A stretch of 64,000 nucleotides of DNA from an uncultured Verrucomicrobiae bacterium (GCA_963764165.1 CAVXRD010000002.1:704001-768000), one strand, 5' to 3'. Shown: positions 1 through 10,256, counted from the first letter of the stretch. Notes: generated by a model from the letters alone, not told the origin. Numbers and translations are program-made.

Positions 1-2
1 TG

Positions 3-455
3 GACAGCGCGACGGCGAACACCGCAGAATTCACGGGCTTTCACGCTGAGGCTCTGGGCACTGAAGTGGAGCGTTGTTGGACAACGAACGCAATGCCGCT
101 CGCCGAAGACATCGGCTTTATCGACTTGCCCGGCGTCGACTGGCGGAATCCGCTCGCCATTGGTGAGTTATCAGTGCAATTGCAGCGCTTAAGCTCGCCG
201 CACATTCACCTGGTCCTGAACGGCGCATACGACATCCATGTGCTCCTGGCCCAGACCCGCGCCTTCGCCAAATTGCCTCTCGAAGATTTAGTCATCAGCC
301 ACCTCGACGAAGAAAGCCAGTGGGGCAAATTGTGGAACTTGACACTTGGAACCGGGCTCCCGATTCGGCATTTGAGCGCTGGCCCGAATATCCCCGGGGA
401 TTATTATGAAGCGACGGCGGAAAGGCTGCTATCGCGGCAATTTGCCAGGGCCTGA
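3..455 (+). CDS. flhF: FlhF-like SRP-family GTPase, C-terminal part (5' truncated by window edge)
   Basis: Frame open from base 3. FIDLPG, HIHLVLNG, ISHLDE, WGKLWNL and LSAGPNIPGD follow the order of the FlhF C-terminal motifs DTAG / TKLDE / GQxVPDD, but the motifs are degenerate. Confidence 0.65.
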   Translation, partial: DSATANTAEFTGFHAEALGTEVERCWTTNAMPLAEDIGFIDLPGVDWRNPLAIGELSVQLQRLSSPHIHLVLNGAYDIHVLLAQTRAFAKLPLEDLVISHLDEESQWGKLWNLTLGTGLPIRHLSAGPNIPGDYYEATAERLLSRQFARA

Positions 456-720
456 ACTCCCGCTGGATTAACGCAACCGTTTTGACAACAGTTTGGAACT
501 GTTGGAAAGCTCTGGCATATGAGCAAAGTTATTACGCCTCACTTCGAGCGGCTTTCAGATAGGTTTGGGGCCACTGGGAGATTTAATAACAAACTGAAGT
601 CATTCGAGCCGGATTTGCACCTGCTGGAAGAGATATGGCCTTGCAATAAAAGGTCTTGCAATAAAATGAGATGCGCCCTCAACCGAATAGAACCGTGCCT
701 GTGACAAACTGAATCACTGC

Positions 721-1686
721 TCACTGCATCAGGCTGGCCCGATAGGGGGCATCCCAGATTACGTCCGGGAGGAGCGGCTCGTGTTCGCCGCCGGTGGAAG
801 GATTGTCCTGCAGATACTTGGTCCGGTAGAAGTAGGCATGGCCATCCAGGAAACTCAGGACGGTGCCTTTGTCATGGCGGGAGGCCACGCTGTTCTGCCG
901 GTCAGCCGGGTTGACCGAATTGTATTGCGGCGAGTTGTTCACCACTTCGCTGACCGGATCAAAAACCTGATCGTAGATAAACACGGTGGCGCTGGGCCGG
1001 GCAAATGACGCTATCTTCGGCATGTACGGGTAGGCGAATGCATTGCCGCCGTCCTCGCCATCGGTGCTGTCGCTGCGCTTGAGGTCGCAGTTCATGACGT
1101 AACAAAAGAAGCCTGCGCCGCCAGGCAGGTTATTGGGTGAATTGTCACACGGGGAAAGGATGTTCTCAACGGTGCTTTCAGCCATGGTTGCCGTCGGGCA
1201 CATCCAGATGGGCCCGATTCCGTTCCCAGGGAAAGGCAGGTACTTGGTCACCTTGCCTCCCGTGGTGCCCCGTCCTCCGTTAAGATTATCCTCATAGTAG
1301 GACAGCGAGTGATCCTTCATGTAGGGGGGCAGGACGGTGAACCAGGCGTAGGGGTCATTCGGCCTCCCGCTCGCTCCTCCGGGGATATTCTGTTGGTCGG
1401 CTTGTCCGCACCAGCTGGGGCCGCCTTGCAGCAGGGACGAGCAAAACCCATCGGTTGGCAGCGAATCGCGGCTGTCCGAGGCGTACATCTGCCCCGAGAG
1501 GCCCCATTGCCGGAGGTTGGACGTGCATTGCGTGCGCTGCGCTTTCACCTTGGCCTGCGCGAGCGCTGGCAGCAGCAGGGCCGCCAGGATCGCGATGATC
1601 GCGATGACCACCAATAGTTCGATAAGGGTGAACGCACCCGCCTTGCGGCGTGGCGCGCTCATTGTGACTGTATTTTTTCTAACCAT
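721..1686 (-). CDS. Prepilin-type N-terminal cleavage/methylation protein with H-X9-DG motif (DUF1559-like)
   Basis: [25 protein letters not shown] type IV pilin N-terminus; C-terminal [12 protein letters not shown]. Confidence 0.9.
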   Translation of the reverse strand: MVRKNTVTMSAPRRKAGAFTLIELLVVIAIIAILAALLLPALAQAKVKAQRTQCTSNLRQWGLSGQMYASDSRDSLPTDGFCSSLLQGGPSWCGQADQQNIPGGASGRPNDPYAWFTVLPPYMKDHSLSYYEDNLNGGRGTTGGKVTKYLPFPGNGIGPIWMCPTATMAESTVENILSPCDNSPNNLPGGAGFFCYVMNCDLKRSDSTDGEDGGNAFAYPYMPKIASFARPSATVFIYDQVFDPVSEVVNNSPQYNSVNPADRQNSVASRHDKGTVLSFLDGHAYFYRTKYLQDNPSTGGEHEPLLPDVIWDAPYRASLMQ

Positions 1687-1704
1687 AAGTTACCACCTGT
1701 AACG

Positions 1705-4026
1705 CTAGGGGCTGGTGACCTCGAAGAACTTGGCTGGCGTGCCGGGGCTGACGGGTTGGCTGTAAGCCCCGTTGGTGGGGTAGTAGGTCAGGCCAAAAGT
1801 TTCATTCGTCCAAGGACCAAGCAGGTTGGTGGCACTGTAGACACTATAGGTGGCCCCGCCGACAGGCGCCCAGCCCATCGTCGCCGTCGCGTTCGTTTCA
1901 CCAATCGAGAGGCTGAACGGCGCCGGGCTGCTGACCAGGTAATCTTCATAGCGCGACGGAATCACTTCATTATAGTGAGCACTGTAAGGCGCGATGATGC
2001 CTGTCAACTGGGCGCAAAACGTGGGAATGGGCTTGCCATTAAACTCATTCGTCGTGCCGGTGAGATTATAGGAGGGTTGGAAGAGTTCCATTACGTAGGT
2101 GTTCGTTACGCCGTTCGTTACGGTGCCATAAGGCGTGCCAACCGTGAAATACAATTGAGTGTAGCTGTTGGTGGCGAATACGCCTCCGGGGCCATTGTGA
2201 GTGCCACTATTTGCGCCGAAGGCACCCCCATTTGAGGTGCCGTAAAGGTAACAATTTGTGAAGGTAACTACAGAACAGGAGTAACGCAACGAGTTGGTGC
2301 CGTAAGGTTGGGAAGCCAAATTAGTCCATATGGGATTGCCCAAGAATGGACGAATGGGAACCGGAGGAGTGGCGTTAGTGACAATCGCAGACGCCGTGGT
2401 GGGCGCAATTTCAAGGGTGCCATAATAAGTTTCCAGCGGGCCGGAAATCGTCACATACGTGCCAATCGGAGGCGTGTTGGTGTTGCCATGCAGACCAAGA
2501 TAAACTTCGCAGCCGTAGCCATTGGTGTCCTGAATGAAGAACTCGCTGTAGGTGCTTCCATAACCATGCCAAACGCTGACAAAACCACTGATGACCACAT
2601 TGTTCGTGTTGATGTAAAAAGTTCCGCTCTCGGCGGCGGGATTCGCCGCGATGGTGTTGTTATAGAAAACGTGAATCTGCTCCAAGGTGGCGACCAGCGG
2701 AGCGATTTCAACGAGCGTGTTGGTGGGACCATAGGCGCTGGAGCCGCCACCGGCCGAGCTGGAAGCAACTACATAATATTGTCCCGGGGCGGTCAAGTCG
2801 GCGAGGTAAACCGCGTAGGAAGGGCTATTCGGCCCAACGGGCACGAAGGTGGCGCCGGCGTTGGTGGCCTGATGATACCATTGATAAGTGATCGGGCCGG
2901 TGCCGGAAGCCGGATCAGTGAATGTGGTTGTCTGGAACAGGTTGTTGGTCGCCGTCACCGCCGTCACGCTCGGGGCGAAGAAGACCGGTGTGTAGGTGGT
3001 GATGACGGTTTCGATGGCAGTGTCGCTGGTGGTGGAGTTGCCATTGGCATCCGTTGCCACAACATAATAACCATCGGTGGCCGCCAAAGACGTCACTTCC
3101 AGGACGTTGCTGGACGAGCCAATATACTCGCCGTTGTCGCTCAGGGCGCCATAAGTGGTCGAATACCACTGATAGGTCACATCGGAGCCAGCCGCCAATG
3201 CGGTGAAGGTCTCGGAGTTGCCCGAATAATTGGTGCCTGATTCCGGTTGGACGCCGAATACCGGCGCCGAGGGCGCGGAATAAACATCCTGGAAGGTTGT
3301 TCCCACGATCAGATTGCTGATCCCAGCATTGATGTAAGGGTCGAATTCGATGCCGGTGATCTCGATGTTGCTCACGTTGGTGTTGACGGCGGCGTCAAGA
3401 CCGTAGACAAAACCATTGTATTCGGTGTCGCCGGCCTCCAAATTGGCGTAGTCCTGCAAGGACGGGTCGATCATCAGGTTGGCGCCTTCCGTCACCGAAC
3501 CCACGGCCGTGTCATAAGCAATGACAATTTCGTAGGTGACATTCGTGGCGAGATCCATGGGGAACGTCACCGGCGGCTGGAGGTTCGAGAAGGAGACGGA
3601 AAAATTCGCAATGCTCAGACGGTAGGTGCCGGGAATGAGGCTTTCAGAACTGCTGATAAAAACATTGCAGCAAAGATTTTTATTGGTGCTGACGAACGAG
3701 CAGAAATAACCATCGGAGGTGGTGGATGGCGCTTTGCTTACGTTGAGGGAGAAGCTCGCCCACACAATTGAGCCGTTGGTCGCGTTGTAGAAGCCATTGG
3801 TCGGTGTGGCGACGGAATCATTATTCGTCGTACTAAAATAAATGACGTCGTTGCTGACGAGAATGTCACAGTTGGTTGCGGAAGCCGGGGAATAAACGTA
3901 CCACTGGCCCTGGCCCGCGATAGGGCCGTTGGTGTAGGGGTAATTGGTTGAATCCATCAACAGCACCGACGCGCGCACAGAGGCCGCCGACAGAACGAGC
4001 ATTAACAATAACAGGATTTTTTTCAT
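1705..4026 (-). CDS. Secreted protein with two Ig-like domains, an OB-fold-like segment and the shared C-terminal domain
   Basis: Signal peptide MKKILLLLMLVLSAASVRA; two TYQWY Ig motifs; FFIQDTNG...GTYVTISG...YYGTLEI OB-fold pattern; C-terminal YSVYSATNLLGPW...KFFEV. Confidence 0.75.
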   Translation of the reverse strand: MKKILLLLMLVLSAASVRASVLLMDSTNYPYTNGPIAGQGQWYVYSPASATNCDILVSNDVIYFSTTNNDSVATPTNGFYNATNGSIVWASFSLNVSKAPSTTSDGYFCSFVSTNKNLCCNVFISSSESLIPGTYRLSIANFSVSFSNLQPPVTFPMDLATNVTYEIVIAYDTAVGSVTEGANLMIDPSLQDYANLEAGDTEYNGFVYGLDAAVNTNVSNIEITGIEFDPYINAGISNLIVGTTFQDVYSAPSAPVFGVQPESGTNYSGNSETFTALAAGSDVTYQWYSTTYGALSDNGEYIGSSSNVLEVTSLAATDGYYVVATDANGNSTTSDTAIETVITTYTPVFFAPSVTAVTATNNLFQTTTFTDPASGTGPITYQWYHQATNAGATFVPVGPNSPSYAVYLADLTAPGQYYVVASSSAGGGSSAYGPTNTLVEIAPLVATLEQIHVFYNNTIAANPAAESGTFYINTNNVVISGFVSVWHGYGSTYSEFFIQDTNGYGCEVYLGLHGNTNTPPIGTYVTISGPLETYYGTLEIAPTTASAIVTNATPPVPIRPFLGNPIWTNLASQPYGTNSLRYSCSVVTFTNCYLYGTSNGGAFGANSGTHNGPGGVFATNSYTQLYFTVGTPYGTVTNGVTNTYVMELFQPSYNLTGTTNEFNGKPIPTFCAQLTGIIAPYSAHYNEVIPSRYEDYLVSSPAPFSLSIGETNATATMGWAPVGGATYSVYSATNLLGPWTNETFGLTYYPTNGAYSQPVSPGTPAKFFEVTSP

Positions 4027-4065
4027 ATTTTGGTCAGAATTTGATATATGCAATTTTGGTCTGCC

Positions 4066-4119
4066 ACACTACCACCGGAAGCCAAGGGTGCAATGACGAC
4101 AGCGTGACAATCGGGTGAA
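4066..4119 (-). promoter_or_regulatory. Pho-box-like (OmpR/PhoB-family) direct repeats with putative -10
   Basis: Minus strand TTCAC-N6-GTCAC-N6-GTCAT (11-bp period; 4115, 4104, 4093), followed by TAGTGT at 4071-4066, upstream of the 4026 start. Confidence 0.45.
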
Positions 4120-4376
4120 ATCGCTGCTGCGTCGGGGGTCGGCGCACCGCTCACGATATCCTTGATCGCGTCTGCTGAGCCCATAAAAGCGGCGCTGAAC
4201 ATAATTTTTGGTTTGGCCTAAAAGCCCTGCACTGTCTTTGGCTCCGAAAACGGAGTGAACGCCCTACAAACCTTGAAAGTAGAATATCCCCACCCCTGGT
4301 GTCCAGAATTATTTAAAAAAATCGCCAAATTTTTAATCTTTCAACCTGCATCCTTTGGCGGTTTAATCCGCCCCAT

Positions 4377-5627
4377 ATGAAAATTGTTCTGGCTTACTCG
4401 GGCGGGCTTGATACTTCGGTTCTCCTTTCATGGATCAAGGAAAAATTTTCCGCCGAGGTCATTGCCTTTTGCGCCGATATCGGCCAGGAGGAGGAACTCA
4501 AGGGGCTCGAAAAAAAGGCGCTCAAAACCGGCGCGTCAAAAATTTTCATAGATGATCTCCAGGAGGAATTCGCCCGCGATTTCATCTTCCCCATGATGCA
4601 GGCGGGTGCGATTTACGAGAATCAATACTTCCTCGGCACCAGCATCGCCCGCCCCCTCATCGCAAAGCGGATGATCGAGATCGCCAAGAAGGAAAAAGCC
4701 GACGCCATCGCCCACGGCGCGACCGGCAAAGGCAACGATCAGGTGCGCTTTGAACTCACCGCCGCCGCCCTCGCGCCTCAATTGGAGGTGATCGCCCCGT
4801 GGCGGGACGCTTCGTTCCGCGCGCAATTCCCTGGCCGCGCCGAGATGATCCAATATTGCGAAGACAAATCCATTCCCGTGCAAGCCAGCGCGAAGAAGCC
4901 GTATTCGATGGACCGCAACCTTCTGCACATTTCGTTCGAAGCGGGCATTCTCGAAGATCCGTGGCTGGACGCCTCGTCAGCCGCGCACAAGGAAATGTAT
5001 AAATTGAGCGTCTCGCCGGAAGATGCGCCGGACAAACCGGAGTATGTCACGCTGGAATTCCTCAAGGGCGATTGCATCGCGGTCAACGGAAAATCGCTCA
5101 ATCCGCTGGGCGTGATGAAGATTTTGAACAGGCTCGGCGGCAAACACGGCGTCGGGCGGGTGGACTTGGTGGAAAACCGTTTCGTCGGCATGAAATCGCG
5201 CGGTGTTTACGAAACGCCGGGCGGCTCGATTCTTCATTATGCGCATCGGCAAATGGAGTCCTTGACGATGGATCGCGAAGTGATGCACTTGCGCGACTCG
5301 CTGATTCCGAAGTATGCGGAATTGGTCTATTACGGATTCTGGTTCGCGCCGGAGCGGCTGGCCTTGCAGGCGCTTGTGACGGAAAGCCAAAAAAACGTCA
5401 CCGGCACCGTGCGCGTGAAATTGTACAAGGGGAACATTATAAACGCAGGCCGCAAATCTCCCGTCAGCCTCTACAATCCGCACATTGCCACCATGGAAGC
5501 CGATCCGACCAAAGCCTACAATCAGGACGACGCGACGGGTTTCATACGGCTGAACGGCCTGCGCCTGAAAGTGGCCGCGCAAGTGCATGGGCAGCAAAAG
5601 GGAAGAGCCAACAATCCTGATGAATGA
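4377..5627 (+). CDS. argG: Argininosuccinate synthase
   Basis: [24 protein letters not shown] and [17 protein letters not shown] signatures. Confidence 0.98.
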   Translation: MKIVLAYSGGLDTSVLLSWIKEKFSAEVIAFCADIGQEEELKGLEKKALKTGASKIFIDDLQEEFARDFIFPMMQAGAIYENQYFLGTSIARPLIAKRMIEIAKKEKADAIAHGATGKGNDQVRFELTAAALAPQLEVIAPWRDASFRAQFPGRAEMIQYCEDKSIPVQASAKKPYSMDRNLLHISFEAGILEDPWLDASSAAHKEMYKLSVSPEDAPDKPEYVTLEFLKGDCIAVNGKSLNPLGVMKILNRLGGKHGVGRVDLVENRFVGMKSRGVYETPGGSILHYAHRQMESLTMDREVMHLRDSLIPKYAELVYYGFWFAPERLALQALVTESQKNVTGTVRVKLYKGNIINAGRKSPVSLYNPHIATMEADPTKAYNQDDATGFIRLNGLRLKVAAQVHGQQKGRANNPDE

Positions 5628-5716
5628 ACAGAAGCAAACAAAGGTAACGAAGGGCGGGTAAAGATTTTCAGACAAGCGTTTTTTCCCGCTCTTCGCTCAC
5701 TTCGTTTTCTTCTGTT
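5627..5716. repeat. Imperfect palindromic element upstream of the GxxExxY gene
   Basis: AACAGAAGCAAACAAAGGTAACGAAGGGCGGG (from 5627) pairs with CCCGCTCTTCGCTCACTTCGTTTTCTTCTGTT (to 5716); ~32-bp arms. Confidence 0.85.
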
Positions 5717-5738
5717 AGAATGATTTGAACGCCTTCAT

Positions 5739-6140
5739 ATGCATCCCGTTTTCGAGAAAGCAGATGAGTTGAGCCGGATGGTCATTGGTGCGGCGATTGA
5801 AGTGCATCGCTTGAAGGGGCCAGGCCTGATAGAAAGCATTTATGAAAAGTGTCTGATACGGGAGCTGAGCCTGCGGAATTTGACGGCTGTGAACCAGCGG
5901 CTGGTCAAAATCGAATACAAAGGTATCGAATTTGAAGAACCGCTGCGCTTTGATGTGCTGGTCGAAAACTGCCTGTTGCTTGAACTCAAGTCAGTCCAAG
6001 AATTGATGCCTATTCATAAGGCGCAACTCCTCAGCTACATGAAGCTCTTGGATATTCCAATTGGATTGGTGATCAATTTTCACGAAATGCGGCTCGTGGA
6101 TGGCCTTCACCGGATGATTCTCCCCGGGGCCAATGCATGA
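5739..6140 (+). CDS. GxxExxY protein (PD-(D/E)xK nuclease-like superfamily)
   Basis: AAIEVHRLKGPGLIESIYE, RFDVLVE, ELKSV, AQLLSYMK, GLVINF; 133 aa. Confidence 0.93.
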   Translation: MHPVFEKADELSRMVIGAAIEVHRLKGPGLIESIYEKCLIRELSLRNLTAVNQRLVKIEYKGIEFEEPLRFDVLVENCLLLELKSVQELMPIHKAQLLSYMKLLDIPIGLVINFHEMRLVDGLHRMILPGANA

Positions 6141-6144
6141 AGAA

Positions 6145-6235
6145 TTAACAGAAGCAAACAAAGGGAACGAAGGGGGACGGATTTTTTTCAAACAGGGTTT
6201 TTTCCAACTTCGTTAACTTCGTTTCCTTCTGTTAA
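6145..6235. repeat. Imperfect palindromic element downstream of the GxxExxY gene (same family as 5627-5716)
   Basis: TTAACAGAAGCAAACAAAGGGAACGAAG pairs with CTTCGTTAACTTCGTTTCCTTCTGTTAA; left arm nearly identical to that of 5627-5716. Confidence 0.85.
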
Positions 6236-6244
6236 ATCTCCCAT

Positions 6245-7039
6245 ATGACCCCGCCCTTCTACGACACCCACGCGCATCTCGGTTATCCCGATTTTGCGGG
6301 CGAGCTGCCGCAAATCGTCGCGCGGGCTGAGGCGGCGGGGATCACCAAGATCATCACCATCGGCACCGATTTGGAAACGAGCGAGCGAGCCATCGCCATT
6401 GCCGAGCAATTTCCGCAGGTTTACGCGGCCGTTGGCTGGCATCCGACGGATGCCCTCCGAGCACCGGAGGATATTCGCCCCGCGTTTTCCAAGTTGGCGC
6501 GGCATCCTAAAGTCGTGGCCATTGGCGAGACGGGCTTGGACTATTTTCGCCCTCCCGAAGGAGATGTGGGCCGCTACAAGGCGAAGCAGGCGCAGCTTTT
6601 TCGCCAGCAGTTGGAATTGGCGTGCGATCTCGGTTTGAACTGCATCATACACCAACGCAGTTCGTTTGAGGATGCGCTGGAGCAAATGAAGCCGTTTGAA
6701 TCGCGGACGAAAGGGGTTTTCCACTGCTTTTCCGAAAGCTTGGAATCGATGAGACGGGTATTTGAGGCGGGATTCTTGATCAGTTTTACCGGGATTCTGA
6801 CTTTCAAAAACGGAACCAATGTCCGCGAGGCCTTCGCGGCAGCCGCCCCAAATCGCTTCATGCTGGAAACAGATTGCCCCTTTTTGGCGCCGGTTCCGTA
6901 TCGGGGCAAACGCTGTGAGCCAGCTTACGTCCGGGAAATTGCAGGAATGGGGGCCGAAGTGAGGGGGTGTGCGTTGGAAGTGCTCAGCGTCGCCACGTGC
7001 GAAACGGCACACCAATTCTTTCCTAAATTGTTGAATTAA
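6245..7039 (+). CDS. tatD: TatD-family metal-dependent hydrolase/DNase
   Basis: DTHAH, AVGWHP, IGETGLDY, GVFHCF and LETDCPFLAP motifs. Confidence 0.93.
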   Translation: MTPPFYDTHAHLGYPDFAGELPQIVARAEAAGITKIITIGTDLETSERAIAIAEQFPQVYAAVGWHPTDALRAPEDIRPAFSKLARHPKVVAIGETGLDYFRPPEGDVGRYKAKQAQLFRQQLELACDLGLNCIIHQRSSFEDALEQMKPFESRTKGVFHCFSESLESMRRVFEAGFLISFTGILTFKNGTNVREAFAAAAPNRFMLETDCPFLAPVPYRGKRCEPAYVREIAGMGAEVRGCALEVLSVATCETAHQFFPKLLN

Positions 7040-7128
7040 AACGCACTACACACAAAACGAGTTAAATGAACAAACATCCTCAGCTTGACTTGAAACAAAA
7101 CAAGTTAAAAAAGTCGTGACATTTCGCA

Positions 7129-8154
7129 ATGTCCCTGCGAAAGTTTTTTGAAATGAATTTCTCCGCCTCATCTCGGAAAGTCCTGTCTTCTCGCCCCGCC
7201 ACTAGCTTAGACGCAACAGAATGCGGCGCATTCACATTAATTGAGTTGCTGGTTGTCATTGCCATTATCGCCATTCTGGCTGCGCTGTTGTTGCCCGCGT
7301 TAGCCCGTTCCAAACAGCAGGCGATCGCCACCAACTGCATGAGCAATGAAAAACAGCTTGTTATAGCGTGGAAATTGTACACCGATGATAACAAAGGCGT
7401 TTTTCCATATAATGAAGAGAACAATACTAGTGGCGGCGCTTGGGTGGTTGGGTATATGGATTATGGTGGAGAGTCTTACCTTACTAATACCGAGTATATA
7501 CTGAACCCGAATATTATTTATCCGGGAAATGGGCAATCACAAGGTGCTGGTGCCCAAATGGGGCCTTACGTGAGCAAACAGCCCAGGATTTACCGTTGTC
7601 CGGCCGATGCAAGCCTCTCGGAGGGCAATCGTGGACAACCGCGGACTCGCAGTATTTCAATGAATCAAGCAATCGGCTATGCCCTTAACGGAACTCCCGT
7701 GGACGGAGGAAATCCGCAGGGATACTGGTTGCCATCAGTTTATACGGCCTCAACTGGGGGAGCGGAAGGCGCGAATCTCTACCAATGCTATTTTAAGGAG
7801 TCGATGTTGGCTCGCCCGAGCCCTTCCAGCCTCTTCCTTTTCATAGACGAAAATCCCGATACGATCAACGACGCAGCCTGGGCGTTTAGGATGCCGGATG
7901 CCGCGACTGGAACATTCGATTGGATAGATATGCCATCGAAGACTCACGGCGACGCGGGGGGGTTTGGATTCGTTGATGGCCACTCAGAGGTGCATCATTG
8001 GCGCTTTCCCAGCGCCATTCCGACGACAGTCTACAATAATAACCCGCCGGCACAGGTGCCCGTCCCCAACAATAAGGATATATTTTGGGTCGGATCGAGG
8101 GCTTCCGCTCCATCCGAACCCACCCAGCAGCTTCCCTTCCCTTATCAGCAGTAA
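7129..8154 (+). CDS. Prepilin-type cleavage/methylation protein with H-X9-DG motif
   Basis: [33 protein letters not shown] and H-GDAGGFGFV-DG. Start codon uncertain (7129 or 7153). Confidence 0.9.
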   Translation: MSLRKFFEMNFSASSRKVLSSRPATSLDATECGAFTLIELLVVIAIIAILAALLLPALARSKQQAIATNCMSNEKQLVIAWKLYTDDNKGVFPYNEENNTSGGAWVVGYMDYGGESYLTNTEYILNPNIIYPGNGQSQGAGAQMGPYVSKQPRIYRCPADASLSEGNRGQPRTRSISMNQAIGYALNGTPVDGGNPQGYWLPSVYTASTGGAEGANLYQCYFKESMLARPSPSSLFLFIDENPDTINDAAWAFRMPDAATGTFDWIDMPSKTHGDAGGFGFVDGHSEVHHWRFPSAIPTTVYNNNPPAQVPVPNNKDIFWVGSRASAPSEPTQQLPFPYQQ

Positions 8155-8427
8155 GGTCGGGGCCTCTAGGGCAGGTATTTTAATGCACCGATTCATCGGT
8201 GCATTTTTGCGTAGTCGAATTAGTTTTTGATGATCGCGCCACCCGCTCGTGCTTCCTCTCAGTGTGCAAGCTGAATTGTTACATCCAAGTCGAATGCCGT
8301 TGCGAAATCGTAACAACGAAACCTTGCGACATTGACTTTGGCTCAGATGCCCGCCGCCTCTCAAAACTTCCGAACCGCGATGGGTGAGCCGTGGAACTCG
8401 TTCCAACGCTCCACCTGTTTCAAAGCG

Positions 8428-8458
8428 GCTGCGGCTGGTCTTCGACACAGCCGGCTCC
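8428..8458. repeat. Short REP-like palindrome
   Basis: GCTGCGGCTG-GTCTTCGACA-CAGCCGGCTCC intergenic hairpin; single copy in window. Confidence 0.3.
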
Positions 8459-8642
8459 GCGTGTGGCCCTGCGCCCATCACCATTTTCAATTCCCTCCAT
8501 ATATGCAACAGAGCCCTGAATCGGTTTGCTAATTCAGGACCTGGGTGCAGAATGACTGGCTAAGCGAGCAATATCTGGACAATGAAATCGGCTTGCGTGT
8601 ACATCGCATCCGATGTCTGCGTTCGGAATCCGCTTCCGAATA

Positions 8643-10256
8643 ATGCGAAAATATAAACGCCGCATGCAGCAACTCGCCGCGTTGGTGGCGGGGGCCGCGA
8701 CTGGAGTTGCTATGAGTCCAGCATCGGGACAGTTATTGGGCCAGAATCTTTTCCCGTCGAATAATCCATGGAGCCAGAACATCAGCAGCGCACCCGTCGC
8801 CACCAATTCGGCGAGCATCATTTCCGCCATTGGCGATTCGACAAAGATTCACCCAGACTGGGGAGATGACAGCCCGGCCAACGGAACCAGCCCGTTATAC
8901 GGAATTCCCTACAATGTCGTGCATGGCAACAGCACCCCGAAGATAAGCGTCGTCATTGATAATTACCCCGGCGAGAGCGACATCCTTGCCGCGCCAATTC
9001 CAACGAACGCGGTCATCGAGGGCGATTATCAGAATGGGCCAAATCCGAGTGGACCCGGATACAACAACGGCCAGCGCGGCGACTCCCACCTCCTTGTCTG
9101 GGACGAGGACAATAATATTGCTTACGAGTTTTATGGAGCGGCGCGGCCTGCCGATACCAATTTGCTCGACGAGACACCGCACACCGACGGCAACTGGCAC
9201 GCGGCGCAGGAAACGGTTTGGAATTTTAACACGAATGACTTTCGCACTCTCGGTTATACCTCCGCCGACGCTGCGGGATTATCCATTCTTGCGGGTCTCG
9301 CGCGCCCGGACGAAGGGCTGCCGGTGTCGCAAGGCGGCCACGGCGCCATCAATCATGCGCTGCGGATGACCTTGCCGAAAAGCATCGTCAGCGACCAATA
9401 CATTTATCCAGCTTCTCATATTGTTAATGCGTCCGGGACGCTCCCATTTGGCGCGCGGCTGCGCCTGAAGAACAACAGCACCGTAAACACCCTTATGGCT
9501 GCGATGGGGCCGGAATCACAAATTGTGGCCCGCGCGATGCAACAGTATGGCTTGATCCTCGCGGACATTGGCAGCCCGATGTTCGTCACCGGCGCATCCG
9601 CCTCGGTGAATACCACCAACGGCATCAGTGTAGTTTGGAACATGGACGATATCCTGGGCGGATTAGAACAGCTTACCGCCAGTAACTTCGATATAGTAAA
9701 TCTAACACCGGCCGTGACCAACCTTAGCCAAAGCTCCGGAGCGGCAGGCACGCATTTGACGATCGGCGGCTATAACTTCTCCGGCGCCGCCGGGCATATT
9801 TCCGTCTTCTTCGGCGCAACGGAGGCGTCCGCTCCCACGGCCCTAAGTGACTCCCAGATTTCTGTGACAGTTCCGTCTGGCTCGGGGACGGTGGATGTCA
9901 CCGTTCAATCTGGTCTTTATGAGCCGGATACCGACGACGGCCCGGGTGCCAACGTCCATGAACCCATTTTCGGTTATGGAAAATCGGCAACGAATTCGGC
10001 TGACAAATTCACCTACGTGGCTGTGCCAATAATCCTGCACGTGTCAGCGAGTGGCGGCGGCTTCGTGGCGAGCGGGACAAACAATGCCGGGCCCGGCGGA
10101 ACTTACCATGTGATCGTGTCAACAAATCTATTGTTGTCGAAGGCAAATTGGACGGTGCTGACCAACGGCAATTTTGACAGCAAAGGAAATTTCTCGTTTA
10201 CCAACGCTATTTCGCCCATGAACGCGGAGTTGTTCTATAGGCTCCGCGTGCCGTAG
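8643..10256 (+). CDS. Secreted protein with IPT/TIG domain and the shared C-terminal domain
   Basis: Signal-like N-terminus; PAVTNLSQSSGAAGTHLTIGGYNF IPT/TIG pattern; C-terminal YHVIVSTNL...NW...FYRLRVP. Start uncertain (8613/8643/8664). Confidence 0.75.
   Translation: MRKYKRRMQQLAALVAGAATGVAMSPASGQLLGQNLFPSNNPWSQNISSAPVATNSASIISAIGDSTKIHPDWGDDSPANGTSPLYGIPYNVVHGNSTPKISVVIDNYPGESDILAAPIPTNAVIEGDYQNGPNPSGPGYNNGQRGDSHLLVWDEDNNIAYEFYGAARPADTNLLDETPHTDGNWHAAQETVWNFNTNDFRTLGYTSADAAGLSILAGLARPDEGLPVSQGGHGAINHALRMTLPKSIVSDQYIYPASHIVNASGTLPFGARLRLKNNSTVNTLMAAMGPESQIVARAMQQYGLILADIGSPMFVTGASASVNTTNGISVVWNMDDILGGLEQLTASNFDIVNLTPAVTNLSQSSGAAGTHLTIGGYNFSGAAGHISVFFGATEASAPTALSDSQISVTVPSGSGTVDVTVQSGLYEPDTDDGPGANVHEPIFGYGKSATNSADKFTYVAVPIILHVSASGGGFVASGTNNAGPGGTYHVIVSTNLLLSKANWTVLTNGNFDSKGNFSFTNAISPMNAELFYRLRVP

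Noticed and set aside
456..720. Small ORFs or a sigma54 promoter after flhF
   Set aside because: TGGCA is not followed by a correctly spaced -12 TTGC, and the 61-aa ORFs have no motifs.
2308..3240. Long antisense ORFs (also 12905-13810, 26023-27231, 36437-37480, 41176-42165)
   Set aside because: They lie opposite well-supported genes, as expected in GC-rich DNA.
7085..7132. Promoter and operator (TTGACT; GACATT-N4-AATGTC) before the second prepilin gene
   Set aside because: No convincing -10 at proper spacing, and a single 6-bp palindrome is too weak.
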